From NCBI GenBank assembly GCA_016187035.1, contig JACPKL010000005.1, positions 135,150 to 199,149 on the forward strand: a DNA stretch of 64,000 nt, read 5' to 3'. The notes under the pieces are model-generated. The model was not told the origin of the DNA. It saw only the letters and a list, made by a program, of their open reading frames with translations, and searched no databases. Positions 28,470 to 36,475 of the stretch are shown in pieces; position 1 is the stretch's first letter; each line of letters starts with the position of its first letter. Origin of the DNA: Candidatus Daviesbacteria bacterium. Lineage in GTDB: Bacteria; Patescibacteriota; Microgenomatia; Daviesbacterales; UBA10151. A program made the translations under genes and the position numbers.

Positions 28470-29334
28470 AGAATAACTCTTGGTCTATTCTCCTAAGTTT
28501 ATATAAATTTCCACTTATTTTTTTTACTTTTCTTAAACTTTCTGGCGGGTTCCACTTGGCGCTAAGTAGTCTTCCACTGATATTATCTGAGTTGTTTGAA
28601 GCTAAAAATGTTACTAATTTTGCAGCAGAGATTGGAGGAGTACCACCTTCTTCTTTCGCTCTGATAGCTTGTTCGTACATTTCCCTGCCACTTTTTTTAG
28701 GACCCTGTTTAATTAGATATTCATTTAAATATGTATTAACAGCGCCCGGAGAGATGGAATTTACCTGGATATTTTTTTCCCTAAGTTCATCAGATAAAAC
28801 TTCGCTAAATCCTGCTATGGCAAATTTTGAAGTAAAGTAAGATGTAAAATTGGACATTGTTTTATTACCGCCCACTCCGGCTCCGCATAAATTGATAATT
28901 TTTCCTCCACCATTTTTTTCCATTACCGGAATTACCAAGTGAGAGCAATAGACTACGCCTAACAAATTAATTTCCAAAGCTTTATGCCACTCATTTAAGT
29001 CAATTTTTTGCAAAGGTCCAATCGGTCCATAAACGCCGGCATTATTTACTAAAATATCTATCTTTTTTAATTTATCTTTAGCGAATTTTATTAACTTTTT
29101 ACAATCACTTAAGTTTGAAACATCGCAAACTTTTCCAAAAGCTACAATATTATCTTTGTTAAGAATTTGTAAAGCTTTTTGCAGTTCCTGTTTGCTGCGG
29201 GAGCAAATTACTACTTCTGAGCCTTCATTTATAAATTGCTGAGCAATTGTAAAACCAATTCCTCTGGAACCACCCGTAACAACAACACATTTATTACGAA
29301 GTGACAAGCTCTTCTTATTTAATAGGGGGAACAT
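28453..29334 (-). CDS. Classical short-chain dehydrogenase/reductase (SDR)
   Basis: KCVVVTGGSRGIGFTIA, NNAGV and YFTSKFAIAGF (YxxxK). I prefer the ATG at 29334 (MFPLLNKK...), immediately after the transaldolase stop, to the longer track ORF. Confidence 0.8.
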   Translation of the reverse strand: MFPLLNKKSLSLRNKCVVVTGGSRGIGFTIAQQFINEGSEVVICSRSKQELQKALQILNKDNIVAFGKVCDVSNLSDCKKLIKFAKDKLKKIDILVNNAGVYGPIGPLQKIDLNEWHKALEINLLGVVYCSHLVIPVMEKNGGGKIINLCGAGVGGNKTMSNFTSYFTSKFAIAGFSEVLSDELREKNIQVNSISPGAVNTYLNEYLIKQGPKKSGREMYEQAIRAKEEGGTPPISAAKLVTFLASNNSDNISGRLLSAKWNPPESLRKVKKISGNLYKLRRIDQELFYEKKE

Positions 29335-29335
29335 T

Positions 29336-30124
29336 CTATTTCTTTCCCTGAAGTTTTTTCCAGTCCAGGTCAAATTGTTCTATGGTTTCTATAGTTCTTT
29401 GGCTAAACAGCATAGCAAGCAGAATTTCCGGAGTAATTGTTACAATGTGGCCTCCTGCCGCAAAAGCCTCACCTACCATTGTAGCAGTTCTGATACTTCC
29501 GATAATGATTCTTGGATTTTCATAGCCGCCTTCTTTCAAAAATGAAACAGTACTTACCACTATATTTTTAGGATGGTTGTTAACAGAAGGTTCTAAGCCT
29601 ACTCTTTTATGATCAACCATGTAATCAAACCTTCCCCTGTATTTAACTTGATCTTCCAAAGATCTGCCCCAGAAAAGACTAATAAAGGATGGTTTTTTGC
29701 AGTTTTTGGTAGCAAGTGTTGAGACAATCATTTGTTCATAAGTCATGATAGCCGTAACATTTACAGCAATACTTAAAGAAACTAAAGCTTGTATAACCTC
29801 CAAGCTTTTAGTTGTTTCAGGAATTAAAGGGACCTTCACAACTATATTTGGAGATAGGGAATCTAATCTTTTAGCCTCAGCGATCATCTCTTTGACAGAA
29901 GCATTGCTATCAGTTAGCTCAACTGAGACTGGTTTTTTGTCCATTTCTTTACAAATTAATTTGACTATCTTATTAAAATCCTTCAAGCTGACTTCATCTT
30001 TCAACATTATGGATTGATTGGTAGTTACCCCGTCAATAATGCCTGTATAATTCCATTTTTTTATTTCTTCTATTTTTGAGGTATCTATGAAAATAGAACG
30101 TCTGAATGGATTTATATTTTGCAT
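29336..30124 (-). CDS. Transaldolase / fructose-6-phosphate aldolase family protein
   Basis: IFIDTSKIEEIKKWNYTGIIDGVTTNQSIM and NIVVKVPLIPE (Schiff-base Lys context) are family hallmarks. Confidence 0.8.
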   Translation of the reverse strand: MQNINPFRRSIFIDTSKIEEIKKWNYTGIIDGVTTNQSIMLKDEVSLKDFNKIVKLICKEMDKKPVSVELTDSNASVKEMIAEAKRLDSLSPNIVVKVPLIPETTKSLEVIQALVSLSIAVNVTAIMTYEQMIVSTLATKNCKKPSFISLFWGRSLEDQVKYRGRFDYMVDHKRVGLEPSVNNHPKNIVVSTVSFLKEGGYENPRIIIGSIRTATMVGEAFAAGGHIVTITPEILLAMLFSQRTIETIEQFDLDWKKLQGKK

Positions 30125-30211
30125 ATTTTATGACGATTTTAGGGTATATTATTAAAAAGGTCAAGAAAACATTGTAATCACTTGCAAATTGTTATATTCT
30201 TTTGTAGAAAG

Positions 30212-30832
30212 ATGATGAATAGTTTGCTTACCCGGTTAGCCCACCGTCTATTAGAAGTGCCAATGATTTTTGAATTGCAAGAAAGTTTATGCAATGACTA
30301 TGGTTCAATACGGAAGGAGTTTTCGGAGTATTTGTCTAAGGATGGACTCAAAATCTTGGATATTGGTTGCGGTACAGGGGTAAGTGCTTCAGTCATTGTA
30401 GACATGGAACATCAAAGCTACACCGGCATCGAACTAATGTCAGGATATGCTGCTATAGCAGCCAAGCGTAATCCTAAAGGTAAAGTTTTGGCCATGGATG
30501 CTACCAAAATGGATTTTCCCAGCCACAGTTTTGATTTGGCATTTTTTTCGGGTGTTTGGCATCATATGGATGATAAAACAGTCCGTAGAGTCTTGGTAGA
30601 GACTAAGCGTGTGTTAAAGACTAAAGGTGTGTTACTGGTAGCTGAACCTCTTTTTACACCAGGGCGCTGGTATAGCAACATGCTTCTTAAGCGCGACCGT
30701 GGTAGACATATCCGTACCCGTGATGGTTACTTGGCTTTGGTGAAAGATTGGTACACGGAGCGCGAAAGAACCTTTAACTTTTCCCTGCACCGCTCACTCT
30801 CGCTAGTCCTAAGACCAAAGGCTCCAAGATAA
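30212..30832 (+). CDS. Class I SAM-dependent methyltransferase (locally GC-rich gene)
   Basis: ILDIGCGTGVSA is SAM motif I, followed by FDLAFFSGVWHHM and KGVLLVAEP. I prefer the ATG at 30212 to the TTG at 30182. Confidence 0.75.
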   Translation: MMNSLLTRLAHRLLEVPMIFELQESLCNDYGSIRKEFSEYLSKDGLKILDIGCGTGVSASVIVDMEHQSYTGIELMSGYAAIAAKRNPKGKVLAMDATKMDFPSHSFDLAFFSGVWHHMDDKTVRRVLVETKRVLKTKGVLLVAEPLFTPGRWYSNMLLKRDRGRHIRTRDGYLALVKDWYTERERTFNFSLHRSLSLVLRPKAPR

Positions 30833-30843
30833 GGATTCCCATA

Positions 30844-31443
30844 ATGGACAATTTTGTTATGAAAAAAGCACTTTTTTTAGACAGGGATGGTGTGATTAAT
30901 CAGATGATATCTTATAAAGGAGAGTTTGATTCACCTAAAAAAGTATCTGATGTGAAGTTAGTAGAGGGAGTTGCTGAAGTAATTTCTTGGTTGAATAAAA
31001 AAAATATTCCCGTAATTGAGGTAACAAATCAACCGGGAGTTGCCTTAGGAAAAGTTAATTGGAAAACTTTAGAGGCTATTGAAAAAAGTATTCATAACCT
31101 TTTAGTCAAAGACGGAGTTAGGATTAATAAAGTTTACCGTTGTTTTCACCATCCAAAGGCAATACTTTTGGATTTTAAATTAGAATGTAATTGCCGTAAA
31201 CCCAAAACTGGTATGTTAATTCAAGCAGCAAAGGATTTAGAGATTAAACTTAGTGAAAGCGTATTGTTTGGGGATAATGCTACGGATATTGAAGCTGGTA
31301 AAAGAGTAGGTTGCAAAACAATTCTTTTTTTGCACACAAATGATACTCCGGAAAAGATAGCTGCTAAACAAAATGCAGAGCCAGATTTTAAGGTTTACTC
31401 CCATAAAGAAGCATTAACGATACTCAAGAAATTACTAAAATGA
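30844..31443 (+). CDS. gmhB: D-glycero-D-manno-heptose 1,7-bisphosphate phosphatase (HAD)
   Basis: ALFLDRDGVINQ is HAD motif I. CFHHP...CNCRKPKTGM is the GmhB zinc/cap motif, followed by LFGDNATDIEAG. Confidence 0.85.
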   Translation: MDNFVMKKALFLDRDGVINQMISYKGEFDSPKKVSDVKLVEGVAEVISWLNKKNIPVIEVTNQPGVALGKVNWKTLEAIEKSIHNLLVKDGVRINKVYRCFHHPKAILLDFKLECNCRKPKTGMLIQAAKDLEIKLSESVLFGDNATDIEAGKRVGCKTILFLHTNDTPEKIAAKQNAEPDFKVYSHKEALTILKKLLK

Positions 31444-32174
31444 AAGCAATTATAGTTGCAGGTGGAAAGGGAGAAAGATTAAAACCATTGACTAACAATC
31501 TACCTAAACCGATGGTAAAGATAAATGGTAGACCTATTTTGGAATATATTGTAACTTTATTTAAAAAAAACGGTATATCAGATTTTATTTTTGCCCTATG
31601 TTACCTACCCCAATCGATCATTGAGTATTTTGGGGATGGAGACAGATTTGGAATTAAAATAAAATACACATTTGAAAACCCTAATTTCCCCTTAGGTACA
31701 GCTGGAGCGATACTGCGTGCAAAAAAGTTAATAACTGATACCTTTGTAGTTACTTATGCAGATATTATTAGAGAATTATCAATCAAGGAAATAATTAGTT
31801 TTCATAAAATGTCTAAAAACTTAGCAACGATTAATACATATAAACACTTAGGAGATAATTATAAAAGCTCAATTGAATTTAACAAAGATAATTACATTAC
31901 TTCATTTCAGGAATTTCAAACTGAGCAAAAACTCGAGAAAGGATTTAATTGGTCTAATGGCTCTTTTTATATCTTTGAGCCAGAAATTTTTGATTATATT
32001 CCACATAACAAAAAATCCGATTTTTCAAAAGATATTTTTCCTAAACTGCTAAGATTAAAAAAGAAAATTTTAATTTATCCAACTTCAGGATATTTTCTAG
32101 ATGTAGGTACAAAGGAAAATCTAAAGAAGTTAAAAGATGATCTAAAATTTAGCCTTTTAACTTTGGGTGATTAA
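31440..32174 (+). CDS. hddC: D-glycero-alpha-D-manno-heptose 1-phosphate guanylyltransferase-like nucleotidyltransferase
   Basis: MKAIIVAGGKGERLKPLTNNLPKPMVKINGRPILEYIV is an NTP-transferase signature. The start overlaps the gmhB stop (ATGA), and it sits with gmhA and hddA. Confidence 0.7.
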   Translation: MKAIIVAGGKGERLKPLTNNLPKPMVKINGRPILEYIVTLFKKNGISDFIFALCYLPQSIIEYFGDGDRFGIKIKYTFENPNFPLGTAGAILRAKKLITDTFVVTYADIIRELSIKEIISFHKMSKNLATINTYKHLGDNYKSSIEFNKDNYITSFQEFQTEQKLEKGFNWSNGSFYIFEPEIFDYIPHNKKSDFSKDIFPKLLRLKKKILIYPTSGYFLDVGTKENLKKLKDDLKFSLLTLGD

Positions 32175-32733
32175 CAATTAGATGCCAAATTAATGCCTGA
32201 AAACTTTCTGAGATAGGAGTAATATATTCTGCTTCATCAATACGAATTAAGATGCTAGTATTGGTAACTTTTCTGGTATGTCCTCCATCTCTGCTGACAA
32301 TTCCTAATATCGAGCTGCCTATTTTTTTGGCGTATTCTAATGCAATCACAATATTTAAACTGGTATTTTTTTCTAAGTTTCCTCCACCTACTGATAAAAC
32401 CATGATTGCATCATTAGGCGACAAGTGGCTGATTTCCAGCCAACTTACAAAAGTAGTTGCCCAACCTTCATCATTTGTTCTGGCCGTTAATTCAGCTACA
32501 TTATCTGTTGGGGCATAGGATTCAAAGCGAGCTATCTTTCTAAAATCATTAACAGCATGTGAACAATTAGCTGCAGATCCTCCGACTCCAAGAAAAAACA
32601 ACCTACCACCTTTTTGTTTAACAGAAACAAGCAGATCTATTGCATTTTCGATCTCCTTACTATCGAGCTGGTCGAGTATTTTTGTGGCAGCGGACAGGTA
32701 ATTTTTAGTATAGTTTTTTCCCGCTGTTTTCAT
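32149..32733 (-). CDS. gmhA: SIS-domain phosphoheptose (sedoheptulose-7-phosphate) isomerase
   Basis: GGRLFFLGVGGSAANCSHAVNDFRK and VLSVGGGN SIS motifs. Genomic context with hddA, gmhB and hddC. Confidence 0.7.
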   Translation of the reverse strand: MKTAGKNYTKNYLSAATKILDQLDSKEIENAIDLLVSVKQKGGRLFFLGVGGSAANCSHAVNDFRKIARFESYAPTDNVAELTARTNDEGWATTFVSWLEISHLSPNDAIMVLSVGGGNLEKNTSLNIVIALEYAKKIGSSILGIVSRDGGHTRKVTNTSILIRIDEAEYITPISESFQALIWHLIVNHPKLKG

Positions 32734-33762
32734 TTAACTTATATTAACCAGTAGTTTGCTTCCTTCCCAGTCGAATTTAACTTTACGCTCCTCAAGACCT
32801 AACTGGCTCATTCTTTTCCGGAAAGCATCTTTTTTGTCTTTAACATAAAAAACAAACCAACCACCCCCACCTGCTCCCATAATCTTGCCTCCCAAAGATC
32901 CCATTTTCTTGGCCTCATTATACCATTTATCTATTTGTGGATTGGAAACTTTATCAGAAAGTGTTTTTTTAATATGCCAATGTTCATCAAATGTTGAGCC
33001 AAAGCTATCAATGTCACCCTTTAATAAGTATTTCTTAGCTTTTTGCCCTAAGGTTTGAATCTTGTCCAATGCTTTTATTTCTCTGGTACTCGCTTTATTT
33101 TTTTGCTCCTTTAATGCGATATGAGCATCTCTGTAAATTCCAGTTCTAAAGAATAATAGATTAGATTCTAATTCTGATATTGTATGTAGTGAAACAGGTA
33201 AGTCTTCAAATATTACCTTACCAGATGTATCTCTCTCAAAGTATTTAATTCCTCCTAATGAGACAATATATTGATCTTGAGGGCCAATATAGTCACGTTT
33301 GAGTTTCACACTCTCGATTCTAAAAGCTTCTTTGGCCAATCTGAGTTGTGATACAGATTGTCTTTTATAGCAATATAGAGCATGTAATAAACCAACTTCC
33401 AAAGCTGCTGATCCTCCTAATCCAGATCTACCAGAAACTTCTGAGCTGATATTAATACTGATTCCTTTAGTGACGCTACTATATTTTAAACATTCTTTAA
33501 CATATAGGTTAGGTATCATTTTATATGAGTTTCCTTGAACAGCCTCCTCACCGTAAGAGTATCCGATAAACTCTGGATCCTCGGTCATGGATAAAGTAAC
33601 GATTAGATAACGATTAAAAGAAGCGCTAATCCAAGCCCCACCTTTGAGATTACTATACCAATTAACATCCGTACCACCCCCAGCCAGAGTGATTCTCATT
33701 GGTGTTTGGGTGATGATTATAGCTCGTTCTCGCGAAACTTTATTATTTACAAATCCTTTCAT
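32734..33762 (-). CDS. hddA: GHMP-family D-glycero-alpha-D-manno-heptose 7-phosphate kinase
   Basis: QTPMRITLAGGGTDVNWY at the N-terminus, GRSGLGGSAALEVGLLHAL (GHMP motif II) and GKIMGAGGGGWFVFYV (motif III). Confidence 0.8.
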   Translation of the reverse strand: MKGFVNNKVSRERAIIITQTPMRITLAGGGTDVNWYSNLKGGAWISASFNRYLIVTLSMTEDPEFIGYSYGEEAVQGNSYKMIPNLYVKECLKYSSVTKGISINISSEVSGRSGLGGSAALEVGLLHALYCYKRQSVSQLRLAKEAFRIESVKLKRDYIGPQDQYIVSLGGIKYFERDTSGKVIFEDLPVSLHTISELESNLLFFRTGIYRDAHIALKEQKNKASTREIKALDKIQTLGQKAKKYLLKGDIDSFGSTFDEHWHIKKTLSDKVSNPQIDKWYNEAKKMGSLGGKIMGAGGGGWFVFYVKDKKDAFRKRMSQLGLEERKVKFDWEGSKLLVNIS

Positions 33763-33830
33763 CTAACGTTATTATATGTAAAAGTTTGTTGAGTGCAAGG
33801 ATAAGACTATAACGATGCATTCATTCTAAT

Positions 33831-34553
33831 ATGAAAAAGTATTATCTGTCTTTAATTATTCCAGCATATAATGAAGAGAAGAAAATAGAAAGAGATGTTA
33901 AAGAAGCCTTTACACACTTTAAGCAAAAGAAAATAACTGCAGAAGTTATAGTATCGACTGATGGTATAACTGATAATACGAATAAAATAGTGCAGGAACT
34001 TCAAAAAGAATACCCTCATTTAGTTTTAATTGCAAAGGAGCAAAAAATAGGTAAAGGGGCTGCAATCAAAAAAGGAGTGGAAAAAGCCAAGGGCAAATAT
34101 ATAATGTTTGCGGATGCTGGATATTGTGTACCTTTTAAATTTATTAGTTCAGGAATTAAAAAATTAGAAGAGGGTTATGATTTAGCATTTGCCGATAGAG
34201 GAGATAAAAAAACAATTATGAGAAATAATCAACCACTTTATAGAAAAATTGGTTCAAGAGCCTTTGGTATACTTGTAAAATATATTTTAGGAGTACCCCG
34301 TCATATTAGAGATACTCAATGCGGATTTAAAATTTATAAACGAGATGTTGCAAAAAGTTTATTTGGTGATCTTGAAACTGATGGTATGATGTTTGATTTA
34401 GAGCATATTTTGAGAGCAAAAAAAAGTAATTTTAATATAGGAGTTTTTCCAATTGAGTGGAAAAATGATTCAGACACTAAATTCGATCCGATCAGCGGAG
34501 GTTTGGACAGCATCAGAGAAATTTATAATATTAAGGCTGTTCTCAGACTTTAA
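33831..34553 (+). CDS. GT2 polyprenyl-phosphate hexosyltransferase (DPM1/ALG5-like, soluble type)
   Basis: LSLIIPAYNEEKKI, FADAGYCVP, and RDTQCGFKIYKRDVA...GMMFDLEHILRAKK...FPIEWKNDSDTKF are typical of dolichyl/undecaprenyl-phosphate sugar synthases. Confidence 0.75.
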   Translation: MKKYYLSLIIPAYNEEKKIERDVKEAFTHFKQKKITAEVIVSTDGITDNTNKIVQELQKEYPHLVLIAKEQKIGKGAAIKKGVEKAKGKYIMFADAGYCVPFKFISSGIKKLEEGYDLAFADRGDKKTIMRNNQPLYRKIGSRAFGILVKYILGVPRHIRDTQCGFKIYKRDVAKSLFGDLETDGMMFDLEHILRAKKSNFNIGVFPIEWKNDSDTKFDPISGGLDSIREIYNIKAVLRL

Positions 34554-34603
34554 ATTCTGTTACTGTCTTGACAATGCGATCCACCTTAGTTTAATACTAG
34601 AAT

Positions 34604-36475
34604 ATGTTCTTAAAGAAAAATCTTACCCTTTTTATTATCTTTACAATAATTGTTTTTACTCTTCAATTTATAATAGCAAGAACACATTTTTACTATGGTT
34701 TCAATAATGATGATTGGTATGTTCTGGCCTGGTATAAACAAGTAGTGAAAGATCCTCTATTGGATATGACGAAAGCTTGGAAAGAAATTGGTTCCCATAA
34801 CTTTGCGCGTGTCTATTATGTGGGTATCTTGTATAATTTTTTTGGATTAAATTATCCGCTTTATCATATTTTTAATACTTTTTTGAAAGTTTTTGCCGGT
34901 TTAAGCGTTTTTCCTGTTATTTATCTTCTATTTAGAAAAAAGTTTTTGGCATATTTAGCAACTTTTTTATTCTCTCTTCATTTTAGCTCTTTTGCCACTT
35001 TACATGATGTTTTTATGGGAAATGAATCACTAGTCATAATAAGTATGAATATTTTTTTGGCATATTATCTTTGGCTTGCCCGGAAGCATAATTTTAATCT
35101 AAAAACAATGCTTCTGCTATTAATGCTTCTTTTAGCAGCATCCTTTTTTGATATACCCAGATTTTATCCGATTCTGTTATTGTTGCCTTTTTTTGAACTT
35201 CTTAACTTTTGGTTTAATAGATCGTCAACTACTATTAAAGGTTCAATATTAAGACTTATATTTCTATACTCCCCTTTTATTGCTGTAGTGCTTTACAATC
35301 CTCAAGCAGCTACAGGTGAATTAAATATTAATAAATTAATTAGAATTTTTTCAGAAGGTAACTATCAGCTTTTTATTTCTCTTTTTGCCTCATTTGGCTC
35401 AACTTTTACTCCACAAGATTTATTGGATCAGTTAAGTCTTTTTGCACGAGTGGGAGGAAATCCTCTTTATCAGGATTTTAGGACCTTTTTAACTTTTCTG
35501 ATTTTCAGATTTCTAATTCTTTCCGGTCCAATATTGATTGTTATTGGTTTAGTGGTATCTAATAAACCGATAAAGTTTGTTTTAAGAAGCTTATTTTTAA
35601 GTATATGTCTATTACTTCTTGCTTTCTTAGCTGCTAATAATTATATTTATCTTGACCCAAAACTTAGAGCTGCAGTCGATCCCGGAACATACTTTACTGC
35701 CGGAATAGTTGGTTTATTTGTATTGTCTACGGCGATATCTTTTTTTATAGAATGGTTAAATAAAAGGGATAATTATCTTTTACTAACAGTAAGCCTGGCA
35801 CCTATTTTTTCTCTTTTATATACATTTTTTACTTGGATACTCACTGGTGATAATGTTATTTTTACCGGAGTTCATGGTTATTTAACCATTGCAGCTTTGG
35901 CATCAAGCTTATATTTGGCAATCATTTTTTATCTTGCATTCCAAAATCTCATATTAAAGGTAGGGGTATTAAGAAAGATAGCTGCTATTTTAATGATTTC
36001 CTATTTTTTCATCTTTCTAATTTTGAGCGCCATACAGGTTGATAAATACTACGCCTATTGGTTAAAACTTGGATACGGTGCTTCCGATCAAAACCGCATA
36101 CAAGAAAGTTTTTGGAAAGAAGTTGGTAAGGGTAAGTTAAATGATAAAAGTCCGATTCTTGTTTATCTTGATACTTCATCTGACGATGGTTATTTCTATG
36201 GTGCAAATTTTACTTGGGATATTCCTCCTATGCTGACTGTTGAAAAGGGTTTACCTTTTGATCCTGGCGGACATTGCAAATCAGTGATATCTGCTAAAGA
36301 ATTTAATAAACTTAGAATTGATGTAGTTAATGGTAAAAAGATGGTTGTACAAGGTCAAGGCGTCTGTGGTGATGACCGTTTTTATAAACTGGAAAATTTC
36401 TATGCTTTTAAAATGATCAACCATGATATAGTTCCAATTAAATCCGAAATTCTCAGTCAGTTAGGAGTTGAATGA
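34604..36475 (+). CDS. PMT_2/ArnT-like GT-C polytopic membrane protein, NFYAF-tail family member 1
   Basis: 623 aa. NNDDWYVLAWY follows TM1. Also FFGLNYPLYHIF, IEWLNKRDN, and a soluble C-terminal domain ending RFYKLENFYAFKMINHDIVPIKSEILSQLG. Confidence 0.65.
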   Translation: MFLKKNLTLFIIFTIIVFTLQFIIARTHFYYGFNNDDWYVLAWYKQVVKDPLLDMTKAWKEIGSHNFARVYYVGILYNFFGLNYPLYHIFNTFLKVFAGLSVFPVIYLLFRKKFLAYLATFLFSLHFSSFATLHDVFMGNESLVIISMNIFLAYYLWLARKHNFNLKTMLLLLMLLLAASFFDIPRFYPILLLLPFFELLNFWFNRSSTTIKGSILRLIFLYSPFIAVVLYNPQAATGELNINKLIRIFSEGNYQLFISLFASFGSTFTPQDLLDQLSLFARVGGNPLYQDFRTFLTFLIFRFLILSGPILIVIGLVVSNKPIKFVLRSLFLSICLLLLAFLAANNYIYLDPKLRAAVDPGTYFTAGIVGLFVLSTAISFFIEWLNKRDNYLLLTVSLAPIFSLLYTFFTWILTGDNVIFTGVHGYLTIAALASSLYLAIIFYLAFQNLILKVGVLRKIAAILMISYFFIFLILSAIQVDKYYAYWLKLGYGASDQNRIQESFWKEVGKGKLNDKSPILVYLDTSSDDGYFYGANFTWDIPPMLTVEKGLPFDPGGHCKSVISAKEFNKLRIDVVNGKKMVVQGQGVCGDDRFYKLENFYAFKMINHDIVPIKSEILSQLGVE

